Numbered from the stretch's first letter, positions 9,082 through 16,658 are shown. The stretch is DNA of 32,842 nt from Nanobdellota archaeon (GCA_038046005.1 JBBSXB010000011.1:1-32842); one strand, 5' to 3'. Made by a program: numbers and translations. Notes: a model not told the origin generated them from the sequence alone.

Positions 9082-9861
9082 ATGGCAATAGAATTACCTG
9101 GATATAGAAATTTAATAGGCAGCGAGATGTTTGAAAAAGTAAAGTCTCCTGAGTCCTCATCGAAAAATAAAATAGAAGTAGCTAGTCTTATAAGATATAA
9201 AACGCCCACTCCGGATGAAACTCTTGATTTTATTAGAGTAAGTGCTCAAGAGTTCTATTCAGAAAGTTCAGGGTTAAGGATACAACGAAATCCTGTTCAC
9301 CAATATTTTCGTTTATTAGAAAAATCAGATCTTGCAGAATTGGGAGAAGGAAGAGGCGGTCTTTTTGGGCATCTTAATCACCATGTCGATAAATTAGAGA
9401 CTGGAAATTATATTACTTTCTGGTGTAGTCTTATTCCGGATGGTAAGCTGGATGAAATAAAAAGAAGAATTAGAAACACAAAGATGGATCACACTGGAGT
9501 TCACCAATTTGCAGAAAGAAAACTAGGCGTATTGGTAAAATTGACCGACGAAGGCCTGTTTCCAGATATCTCGGAACTTGAATTTTTGCTTGCTAGAGGG
9601 GTGAAAATTTCCGATCCTTTAAAAATTACTAGAGATTTCGGCAACTACCAAAGTGCAGCGGGCAGACTTAGATTAATTTATAATAATTTTAATTTTCATG
9701 AAGCAATAGCCCAAATAAAAGATGAGACTCAAAGTTTCTTGGAAAAAAACGCAGGTGATGCAATTAAAGCAACTGTAGGTTGCGCGCTAAAGCATGCTGT
9801 GTATGAAGTGTTTGGATCTGGCAGAGATAGCACAGATAAAACCCCTTTTTCTGAGAACTAA
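9082..9861 (+). CDS. Hypothetical protein; candidate R-S-E ADP-ribosyltransferase fold
   Basis: ORF is solid (259 aa). LIR(38), LNHHV, YITFWCS(116) and ELE(165/167)FLLARG fall in ART-like order; the function is inference only. Confidence 0.45.
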   Translation: MAIELPGYRNLIGSEMFEKVKSPESSSKNKIEVASLIRYKTPTPDETLDFIRVSAQEFYSESSGLRIQRNPVHQYFRLLEKSDLAELGEGRGGLFGHLNHHVDKLETGNYITFWCSLIPDGKLDEIKRRIRNTKMDHTGVHQFAERKLGVLVKLTDEGLFPDISELEFLLARGVKISDPLKITRDFGNYQSAAGRLRLIYNNFNFHEAIAQIKDETQSFLEKNAGDAIKATVGCALKHAVYEVFGSGRDSTDKTPFSEN

Positions 9862-9907
9862 GCAAAACCACCAAAAACTTTACAAATACCAGATTCTTGT
9901 AGATAAG

Positions 9908-10204
9908 ATGCTTTCGATAGACAAGCTAACTGCCGAGCTTAAGCAGGACAAAACATTCTTAGAAGCAGTCAATGGGTGGAATTCTCACAATGTTAACTGG
10001 AAAGTCAGAGGAACTTCACTTCTTCACATGTGTTGCAACATGTTTTCTGTCAGGATAAAACTCTACCAGCTGACACAGGATGATAAGGGCAGAGAGAAAC
10101 AAACATCAAAGAGAAGTTTGTATTATTGCCAATGCTGCCACAAACTCAGCCAAGGATATATTGCTGAAATAATTGAAAAAAGACGCAGTAAGAAATATCA
10201 ATAG
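9908..10204 (+). CDS. Small zinc-finger protein (CC...YCQCCH), probable paralog of 8811..9050
   Basis: HMCCNM and LYYCQCCH; start taken at ATG 9908 to avoid overlap. Confidence 0.65.
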   Translation: MLSIDKLTAELKQDKTFLEAVNGWNSHNVNWKVRGTSLLHMCCNMFSVRIKLYQLTQDDKGREKQTSKRSLYYCQCCHKLSQGYIAEIIEKRRSKKYQ

Positions 10205-10249
10205 TTCCACCACAATAATTCTTATTAACCGATTTTTCCATTATTCTTG

Positions 10250-10504
10250 ATGCCCTATCTTGTTAAAATATTAGTTGAAAAGAAACCAGGAGTCCTTAAT
10301 CCTGAAGCTAAAGCAATTGAAGGAGCCACAGCTTCATTAGGGTATAATATAAGTGAGTTCAGCTGTGGAAGAGAGTTTTCATACAAAAGCAGCAAGTCAA
10401 CCGAAAAGCAAGCCAGAGCAGAAGCAGATGAATTATCTAAAAAGCTTCTTGCAAACATGATTGTAAAAAGATATGAGATTGTGTCTGTAGAAAAATTAGT
10501 GTGA
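10250..10504 (+). CDS. purS: Phosphoribosylformylglycinamidine synthase subunit PurS (divergent)
   Basis: KPGVLNPEAKAIEGA (canonical KxGVLDPQGxAI) and KLLANMIVKRY (canonical KLLANPVIEDY); about 84 aa. Confidence 0.85.
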   Translation: MPYLVKILVEKKPGVLNPEAKAIEGATASLGYNISEFSCGREFSYKSSKSTEKQARAEADELSKKLLANMIVKRYEIVSVEKLV

Positions 10505-10549
10505 TATCCTCAACATTAATTATTTATACCAATAATTGCTTTTAGCCGT

Positions 10550-11458
10550 ATGAAAAAGAAAACACTTTATGTCATACTTATTGTTTTGTTTGTTCTAGGA
10601 ATTGCAACAGCTTTTTTTATCATTGAAAACAAGAACAAAGACAGGTATTATTTCAAAGACAATTCGTTTTTATATTCTCAAGATAGAGGCAACCCAATTT
10701 ATGAAATGAGTCTTAAGGAAGAAAATGACAGCGTTGCAGTTTATAATGTTAATTTTCAAAGCAGGAATTTCCTGAATTATACAACAAAAGTCTACGGACT
10801 TTTGATAATGCCTAAAAATAAGACTAACCCTCCAGGATTGATTCTTCTTCCAGGAGGAAGTGTTACAAAAGAAAGCGAGTCAATACTTGGAGAAAAAATA
10901 GCAAATCTTGGCTACGCTGTTTTGACATTTGATCAAAGAGGAGTGGGGCAAACAGGAGGTTATTATCTAGGGCTTCAAGAGGATTACAACGTTTTCGCAC
11001 AAGGCAACGAACCGACACAGCATTTGAGTGTCTATGACGCATTGAAAGCATACGACGTCCTTAAACAAATGAAAAATATTGACAAGAATAATATAGCGAT
11101 AGCAGGAGAAAGCATGGGCGGAAGATATGCAATAATTGCTGCAGCAATTGACAAAAGACTGAAAGGAGTTTTAATAATAAGCAGTTCAGGATTCCATTTT
11201 CAGAACGAAAACAAGCCATATACCCCGTATTTGGAATCGGTTGATCCCGACACCTACATAGCTAGAATTTCTCCAAATCCTGTTTTTATGCTGCATAGTT
11301 CAAATGACACAATGATTCCAATAAGCGATGCAAAAACCACATTCAACATAGCGAAAGAACCAAAGAAGTTTTATGAAGTTTCAGGCTGTCCACATGGTTA
11401 TTGTCAGGAGATGTGGGAGATGTTGAAGAGCGACCTGCAAGAGTTATTTAAGATGTGA
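10550..11458 (+). CDS. Membrane-anchored alpha/beta hydrolase (esterase/peptidase S9-like)
   Basis: N-terminal TM; FDQRGVG; GESMGG nucleophile elbow; HSSND acid; CPHG His. Confidence 0.92.
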   Translation: MKKKTLYVILIVLFVLGIATAFFIIENKNKDRYYFKDNSFLYSQDRGNPIYEMSLKEENDSVAVYNVNFQSRNFLNYTTKVYGLLIMPKNKTNPPGLILLPGGSVTKESESILGEKIANLGYAVLTFDQRGVGQTGGYYLGLQEDYNVFAQGNEPTQHLSVYDALKAYDVLKQMKNIDKNNIAIAGESMGGRYAIIAAAIDKRLKGVLIISSSGFHFQNENKPYTPYLESVDPDTYIARISPNPVFMLHSSNDTMIPISDAKTTFNIAKEPKKFYEVSGCPHGYCQEMWEMLKSDLQELFKM

Positions 11459-11466
11459 GAGGGGGG

Positions 11467-11520
11467 AAGTGTTTGGGAGATAATATAGAAAACATTAAAA
11501 GATTGAAAATTATAGATTAT
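11467..11520 (+). repeat. Degenerate dispersed repeat, copy 1 (copy 2 at about 29649-29703)
   Basis: AAGTGTTTGggAGATAaTATAgAAA...AAAATTA versus AAGTGTTTGaaAGATAgTATAaAAA...AAAATTA. Confidence 0.45.
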
Positions 11521-11537
11521 ACAGGGTTTAACAGAAA

Positions 11538-12713
11538 ATGACAGCTTATTCACACTCTCGTATAACAACTTTTGAAAATTGCCCATACAAATACAAACTT
11601 CAATACATAGATAAAAAGAAACCGGAAACCCCTGCAACAATTGAAGCATTTATGGGAAATATTGTTCATCAGACTTTAGAAGATTTATACAAAAGAAAGA
11701 AATTCAAGCAGAGAATTGCTAAATCAAGCTTAATTAAATTTTACAGGGATTTGTGGAAGAAGAATTATTCATACGATATTTTAATTGTGAAGAAAGAACT
11801 TAATGCTGAAAATTATAGAAAAATGGGTGAACAATTTTTATCTGATTATTTTGAGAGAATGAAACCATTTGACCAGATGACTATTCTGGATTTAGAGACG
11901 CAAGATAGATTGACTTTGCCAGATGGAAACCAGTGGCATGTCAGAATTGATAAATTAGGTTATGATAACAAGGGAAATTATTACGTTTGTGATTATAAGA
12001 CAAATTCAAAGATGAAAGATCAGGAAGAAGCTGATTCTGACAGACAACTTGCTATGTATTCTATTTGGGTTAAGGATAAATTCAAGGACGCTAAATCAGT
12101 TAAATTAATTTGGCATATGTTAGCTTTTAACAAAGATGCTATTTCAGAAAGAACAGACGAACAATTAGAAAAATTGCAGAATGAAATTATGGAAATAATA
12201 AAAAAAATTGAGAATACTAAAGAATTTCCAACTAATGTTACTGCTTTATGTGACTATTGTGAATTTAAATCTGAATGTCCGTCGTTTAAACATCAAGTAG
12301 AGCTTGAAAAAATCAAAAATATAGAACAATTCAAGGAAAATGAAGGAGTGAAATTAGTAGATAAATATTCAGAAATTAAAACAAAACTTGGAGAACTCAA
12401 AAAAGCAGAAGAAGAATTCAAAGATAACATGGTAAGGTACGCAAAACAATTTGGAATAGATATTGTTTATGGAAGTAATATGAAATGTTCTGTAAATGAA
12501 ATTGACAAAATCATATTACCTGAAGACAAAAATGAACTTATTAAATTGTTAAAGAAAAAAGGTCTTTGGGAAGATATGTCTATGATTAATTTTATGAAGC
12601 TCCAATCAAAAGCCTTGAAAGATGAAATTGATAAGGATATTAAAAAAGAAATTAAATTTGGAAAAGATTATAGGTTATATTTAAGTGAAAGAAAAGACGT
12701 TGAGGATGAGTAA
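11538..12713 (+). CDS. PD-(D/E)XK nuclease, RecB/AddB/Cas4-like with Fe-S staple cysteines
   Basis: YSHSRITTFENCP, GNIVHQTLE, RIDKL, DYKT, QLAMY, and CDYCEFKSEC (1+3 Cys arrangement). Confidence 0.93.
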   Translation: MTAYSHSRITTFENCPYKYKLQYIDKKKPETPATIEAFMGNIVHQTLEDLYKRKKFKQRIAKSSLIKFYRDLWKKNYSYDILIVKKELNAENYRKMGEQFLSDYFERMKPFDQMTILDLETQDRLTLPDGNQWHVRIDKLGYDNKGNYYVCDYKTNSKMKDQEEADSDRQLAMYSIWVKDKFKDAKSVKLIWHMLAFNKDAISERTDEQLEKLQNEIMEIIKKIENTKEFPTNVTALCDYCEFKSECPSFKHQVELEKIKNIEQFKENEGVKLVDKYSEIKTKLGELKKAEEEFKDNMVRYAKQFGIDIVYGSNMKCSVNEIDKIILPEDKNELIKLLKKKGLWEDMSMINFMKLQSKALKDEIDKDIKKEIKFGKDYRLYLSERKDVEDE

Positions 12714-12749
12714 GTTTAAAATAAAATTTTCTTTATAACAAGCACCAAA

Positions 12750-13745
12750 ATGAAGAATAATGAAAATATCTCTTGGCATAAAAGAAAGCCACTTTCAGAA
12801 GAACATAAAAGAAAACTAAGTGAGTCCAATAAAGGAAAACATCATTTTGATTTTCTTGGAAAACATCATACTGATGAAGCTAAGAGAAAGATAAGTGAAG
12901 CTAACAAAGGACATCCTGTTTCTGAAGAAGTAAGAAAGAGGATAAGTGAATCCAATAAAACGAGACTTCACCCAATGAAAGGCAAACATTTGCCTGAAGA
13001 ATGGAGAAAAAAACTTTCAGAACACCATAGGTCTAAAAGAGGATTTGATTCTCCAATGAAAGGCGAACACCACTCGGCAATAAGTAATGAAAAAAACAGA
13101 ATAGCTCATTTAAATACTCCTGAAGAAAGAAGGAAAAGAATATCTGAAACTTTAAAAAAAAGTTACCTTAATCCACAATTAAGGATAAAACGAAGTGAAA
13201 TTGCAAAAAGAACAATGTCTAATCCTGAAGCAAGGAAAAGATTAAGTGAATTTATGAAAGGAAAACCTTCTGCTATGAAGGGAAGAACTCATTCAGAAGA
13301 AGCAAAAAGAAAAATGAGTTTAGCACTTAAGGGAAGAAAACTTACTGAAGAACAAAGAAAAAAACTTTTAGGTCGTAATGTTTGGAATAAAGGCAAAGTA
13401 GGAGTTTATACTCAAGAACAATTAAATAGAATGAGTGAATCTATGAAAGGAAGATTTTCTTTAGAAAAAAATCCATCTTGGAAAGGTGGAATATCTTTTG
13501 AACCTTATACATCAGAATGGAATGATATACTAAAAAAATCTATTAGGCAAAGAGATAATAACACTTGCCAAATATGTTTTAACAAAGGAAAAGATGTTCA
13601 CCACATTGATTATAATAAAAAAAATTGTAACCAAGAAAATCTTATAACCTTATGTCAACGTTGTCATAGTAAAACTGGAACAAATAGAGAAAAATGGAAA
13701 AAGTTTTTTGAAGAATTATTAAAAAGAAAAAAACAATTAGCTTAA
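12750..13745 (+). CDS. NUMOD3-repeat HNH (homing-type) endonuclease, free-standing
   Basis: About 10-11 repeats of type xSEExKRKxSExxKG; C-terminal RDNNTCQIC...VHHIDYNKKN...NLITLCQRCH HNH with zinc ligands. Confidence 0.92.
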   Translation: MKNNENISWHKRKPLSEEHKRKLSESNKGKHHFDFLGKHHTDEAKRKISEANKGHPVSEEVRKRISESNKTRLHPMKGKHLPEEWRKKLSEHHRSKRGFDSPMKGEHHSAISNEKNRIAHLNTPEERRKRISETLKKSYLNPQLRIKRSEIAKRTMSNPEARKRLSEFMKGKPSAMKGRTHSEEAKRKMSLALKGRKLTEEQRKKLLGRNVWNKGKVGVYTQEQLNRMSESMKGRFSLEKNPSWKGGISFEPYTSEWNDILKKSIRQRDNNTCQICFNKGKDVHHIDYNKKNCNQENLITLCQRCHSKTGTNREKWKKFFEELLKRKKQLA

Positions 13746-13756
13746 TCCCCTCACCC
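13745..13756. repeat. 12-bp direct repeat of the tRNA-Tyr 3' end (att-like)
   Basis: ATCCCCTCACCC at 13745-13756 is identical to 14383-14394. Confidence 0.5.
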
Positions 13757-13762
13757 CATATC

Positions 13763-14011
13763 CTAGTCATAAATATGCTTTCTATGTCCGACCTTTAGGA
13801 CGCTTATCTTGTCTTTTTTTATGTCAAAAATAACTCTGTAGTCACCAACTCTCAACCTATATCCTTCCATGCTTTTTAATTTCTTTATATCTTTAGAAAA
13901 TGGATTTTCAACAAGCTCTGATGCTTTTTTAATTATTCTTTGAGAAATCAATACATCTAAGCTGTCTAAATTTTCAAGGGATTTTTTTGCCCATTCCAGT
14001 TTATATATCAT
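13763..14011 (-). CDS. relE: RelE/ParE family toxin (ribosome-dependent mRNase)
   Basis: IKKLKSMEGYRLRVGDYRVIFDI...VGHRKHIY; ATGA overlap with the antitoxin. Confidence 0.95.
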   Translation of the reverse strand: MIYKLEWAKKSLENLDSLDVLISQRIIKKASELVENPFSKDIKKLKSMEGYRLRVGDYRVIFDIKKDKISVLKVGHRKHIYD

Positions 14012-14226
14012 AACCCATATCTTTTCATGACTTCTTCATGTGAGACAACTTTTCCCTCTTTAACATGCTTTCTTGCTTCTTCCAACTCTTTTTTTGTCTT
14101 TTCGTTAACTTCTTTATGGTCTTCTAAAAGAACTTCAATGACATCATTATAACTCTCTCTTTCATAGATTTTCATTTTATCAAGATGTTTTTTCACAGAT
14201 TCTGATATCCTTATAGTCGTTTCCAT
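14008..14226 (-). CDS. Antitoxin with N-terminal ribbon-helix-helix-like domain
   Basis: METTIRISESVKKHL...ESYNDVIEVLL and GKVVSHEEVMKRYGL tail, typical of archaeal RelE partners; coupled upstream of relE. Confidence 0.9.
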   Translation of the reverse strand: METTIRISESVKKHLDKMKIYERESYNDVIEVLLEDHKEVNEKTKKELEEARKHVKEGKVVSHEEVMKRYGL

Positions 14227-14227
14227 T

Positions 14228-14256
14228 TACATCTGTATACACATGTATATTTAAGC
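14228..14256 (-). promoter_or_regulatory. TA promoter with near-palindromic operator
   Basis: TACATCTGTATACACATGTA (14228-14247; two TACA-N2-TGTA units) between the TATA (CTTAAATA on the minus strand) and the ATG. Confidence 0.6.
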
Positions 14257-14280
14257 CTTTCGGTGTTAGAATTAAAATAA

Positions 14281-14315
14281 AAAAATCCCCACTCAAAGTC
14301 TAACTCGGGATTTTT
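14281..14315 (-). terminator. Stem-loop followed by T-tract downstream of tRNA-Tyr
   Basis: AAAAATCCC-N17-GGGATTTTT followed by TTATTTT on the minus strand. Confidence 0.5.
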
Positions 14316-14336
14316 AACAAACTCTTTTTAATTTAA

Positions 14337-14380
14337 CCCAGATTCAAATCTGGGAAACCATTGGGGCCTTTCAGCCCCAA
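14337..14380 (-). other. Two GC-rich hairpins in the tRNA 3' trailer
   Basis: TTGGGGCT-GAAA-GGCCCCAA (14380-14361; GNRA loop on the minus strand) and CCCAGAT-TTGA-ATCTGGG (14354-14337). Confidence 0.6.
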
Positions 14381-14383
14381 TCA

Positions 14384-14528
14384 TCCCCTCACCCAGAGTC
14401 GAACTGGGGATCTCCCGGGTGCTGCGAACTCTTGGCTTATCAGGTTTCATTTAATTTCCTTAATGGAATATCCACCCTAGTTATTAATTAACTACAGCCA
14501 GGCGCTCTAACCACTGAGCTATGAGGGG
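14384..14528 (-). tRNA. trnY: tRNA-Tyr(GTA) with a 72-nt intron at canonical position 37/38
   Basis: Acceptor CCCCTCA/TGAGGGG (C1:G72, discriminator A73), D arm GCTC-AGTGGTTA-GAGC, anticodon stem CCTGG/CCGGG with CT-GTA-G|C, T arm CCCAG-TTCGACT-CTGGG; no encoded CCA. Confidence 0.95.
14420..14491 (-). other. tRNA intron (72 nt) with relaxed bulge-helix-loop junction
   Basis: CTGT(32-35) pairs with intron GCAG; 3' bulge CA|C is intact; the outer intron helix is imperfect. Confidence 0.8.
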
Positions 14529-14648
14529 AAATGCTTCGCATTTCCTCACGGATTTGTTCTGCTAAATTAAGAAATTCAGGTTATTTTTAAAGGTTGTTAA
14601 TACAAAAAATCTCGAAATATTTAAAACCCCTGTCATACAAATAAAAAC

Positions 14649-14873
14649 ATGACAACAATCAAATCTAAACTGCAAACAACGCTAGAAAAAGAAGGATGGA
14701 GTTGGTTGACTAATGAACCAGCAAGAGTGCTTCTTAGAAACCCACAAAAAAGTGATGAAGAAATACGACAAATGTATCTGCAAAGAAAATTTAAAGAAGT
14801 CAGAATAGAAGACGCTTATGATTCTGAGAGCCAACCACTCTCTAGCTATAGGGCAGTTTATATTAAAAGATAA
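14649..14873 (+). CDS. Hypothetical protein (74 aa)
   Basis: ORF with TTTAAAA TATA about 25 nt upstream. Confidence 0.65.
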   Translation: MTTIKSKLQTTLEKEGWSWLTNEPARVLLRNPQKSDEEIRQMYLQRKFKEVRIEDAYDSESQPLSSYRAVYIKR

Positions 14874-14882
14874 CTGATAAAA

Positions 14883-15170
14883 TTACTTCTTAGAAAAGAA
14901 AAGAACTAATGATGCACAAACTAAAGCCAATCCAATAAGGCAAAACTGAGTAGCTTGTCTTGATTGGATATCACTCAACACAGAATAAACCTGACAATCA
15001 AACGTCGATCCTCCTGTAAAACCAAGCTTCGTGTCTATATAAGCCGGCTTGCAGTTTTTTTCAACAACATTTATTGTATTTCTACTCTGTTGATTAGTAA
15101 TAAGACCAAAAATTAAAAATATGACTCCGAAAACCAATAATACAGCACCCAACTTTTTCTTCATATCCAT
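14883..15170 (-). CDS. Small two-TM membrane protein
   Basis: Hydrophobic N- and C-terminal segments flanking a loop with 2 Cys. Confidence 0.7.
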   Translation of the reverse strand: MDMKKKLGAVLLVFGVIFLIFGLITNQQSRNTINVVEKNCKPAYIDTKLGFTGGSTFDCQVYSVLSDIQSRQATQFCLIGLALVCASLVLFFSKK

Positions 15171-15212
15171 ATAATACTTAAGGAAATCCGATTTAAAAAT
15201 CTATCTAAAAAA

Positions 15213-15470
15213 TCAAACTTTTTTAACCAAATCGGCTTTAGCTTGGAAACGATAATTTGTATAAAATTTCATTAATTCATCGTAAGTATCTTTCGAAATA
15301 AGAACACTAATTTCAACCATACTACCATTAAGACGACCACGATTAGGTTCGCTAATATTTGCACCAACATCTAGTATAGCATAATAACGTGGTGTCTCGC
15401 CATCATCTTCATTTTTAGGAGTGTCAAATCTAAGTCTCTTCAATGCAGTATAAAAAATTGCTTCAAGCAT
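15213..15470 (-). CDS. Hypothetical protein (85 aa)
   Basis: ORF with TATA-like element upstream. Confidence 0.55.
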   Translation of the reverse strand: MLEAIFYTALKRLRFDTPKNEDDGETPRYYAILDVGANISEPNRGRLNGSMVEISVLISKDTYDELMKFYTNYRFQAKADLVKKV

Positions 15471-15582
15471 TTTAGAACGAAAACTTGCTCATTTAAATAA
15501 ATTTATTTTTACTGAAACATACAACAATTTTCACTTTTTCCACCACAACAATTCTTAAAAACATTCCAAATCAGGATAAATA

Positions 15583-15831
15583 ATGATAGGATTAAGGATT
15601 AAACTAACTCTTGACGATAAAGTGCTTGATGAAATAGAATTAAGGCACATTGGCTCCAAAGCAGAGGTAAGGCACATAAGAGATCATGGGGAAGAAGTTT
15701 CCATACCCCCTTCCTTTCCAAGCGCAGATTTTTTTGAAACATACAGAAACATAGTCGAATCATACAATTCCAAAATTATGTCCAACGAGAAAATTACACT
15801 TTCAATAAATTCTTTTGAGTACAGGGGCTAA
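15583..15831 (+). CDS. Hypothetical protein (82 aa)
   Basis: ORF with CTTAAAAA about 25 nt upstream; convergent with the next gene. Confidence 0.6.
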   Translation: MIGLRIKLTLDDKVLDEIELRHIGSKAEVRHIRDHGEEVSIPPSFPSADFFETYRNIVESYNSKIMSNEKITLSINSFEYRG

Positions 15832-15832
15832 T

Positions 15833-16573
15833 TCACTTCCCGTCCAGCTTTCTAAGAATCTCCCCTTTCTTCATTCCCTTATTCATCATTGCTTTGACGC
15901 TCTCAAAGGGGACTTGCATATTTGCAACATATTCAATTTCATAAACTTTCCAACCTTTTCTCACCAATTCTGCCGAAACCTGCTGTGAATAAGTTTTTGT
16001 GCTGTCAAAATTTCCTCGAGCAAGACGTGAAATATCATCTTTGGTTAATTTGTTTGTGAATCCTGCATGGACCAATTCCTTTTCTGCACCATATGCTATT
16101 AATGAATCAATTTCATAAGAAGGAATGTTCATGCCTTCAAATTTGGCGAAATCCTGAAAATTAAATCCGTTGGAAATGTAAACATTTGCTGTATAAATGT
16201 CAGCCCCCAATTCCATCCATTGACAAATCACTTCAGCTCTTTTTGTTGAATCTCTATTTTCATTCTCAAGCAAAGAAAATTCGTAGGGTGAAAAATCTTC
16301 TTTTCTTAAACTTGGTTCTCTATTCAAGTCAACAATTCTTTTTATGATGTCGGAAGTTCCGCCGTTGGCCATAATCTTTTCAAGCCCGCCTTTGGATGTA
16401 AGATACGAGACAGGCAATCCCGCACTGTAATAAGCTCTGGCAACATCATATGAGATATTGTGTGTTATCGCAATCCTTTCTACTAAATTCTTTTCCTGAT
16501 TTGCTTTAATGCCGATATAAGAAGCGACAACAGAAACTGTCACAATTCCTGTGACTGTTTTTCTTAAGTCCAT
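15833..16573 (-). CDS. Membrane-anchored helical protein of unknown function
   Basis: N-terminal TM (TVTGIVTVSVVASYIGI); short helical pseudo-repeats; start taken at ATG 16573. Confidence 0.7.
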   Translation of the reverse strand: MDLRKTVTGIVTVSVVASYIGIKANQEKNLVERIAITHNISYDVARAYYSAGLPVSYLTSKGGLEKIMANGGTSDIIKRIVDLNREPSLRKEDFSPYEFSLLENENRDSTKRAEVICQWMELGADIYTANVYISNGFNFQDFAKFEGMNIPSYEIDSLIAYGAEKELVHAGFTNKLTKDDISRLARGNFDSTKTYSQQVSAELVRKGWKVYEIEYVANMQVPFESVKAMMNKGMKKGEILRKLDGK

Positions 16574-16658
16574 AAAACTTTCCAAATTCCAACATTTATT
16601 AATATTTATGTGATGTTTTGAAAGTAACCTTTATTAATCCTGTTCACTTCTCCTTTTT

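Noticed and set aside
11538-12713. Cas4 / CRISPR-Cas locus
   Set aside because: No repeat-spacer array or other cas gene seen in the window; solo PD-(D/E)XK nucleases are common
12750-13745. Group I intron or intein host for the HNH gene
   Set aside because: Flanks are only tens of nt, neighbouring genes look complete and no intron core is visible
14337-14360. Plus-strand CCCAGATTCAAATCTGGGAAACCA as a split-tRNA 3' half
   Set aside because: Looks like a T arm plus CCA, but the register does not give a 5-bp stem with a 7-nt loop and there is no 7-nt acceptor strand
14438-14452. C/D box guide RNA inside the tRNA intron
   Set aside because: ATGAAA and CTGA are almost adjacent, leaving no guide region; no RUGAUGA box
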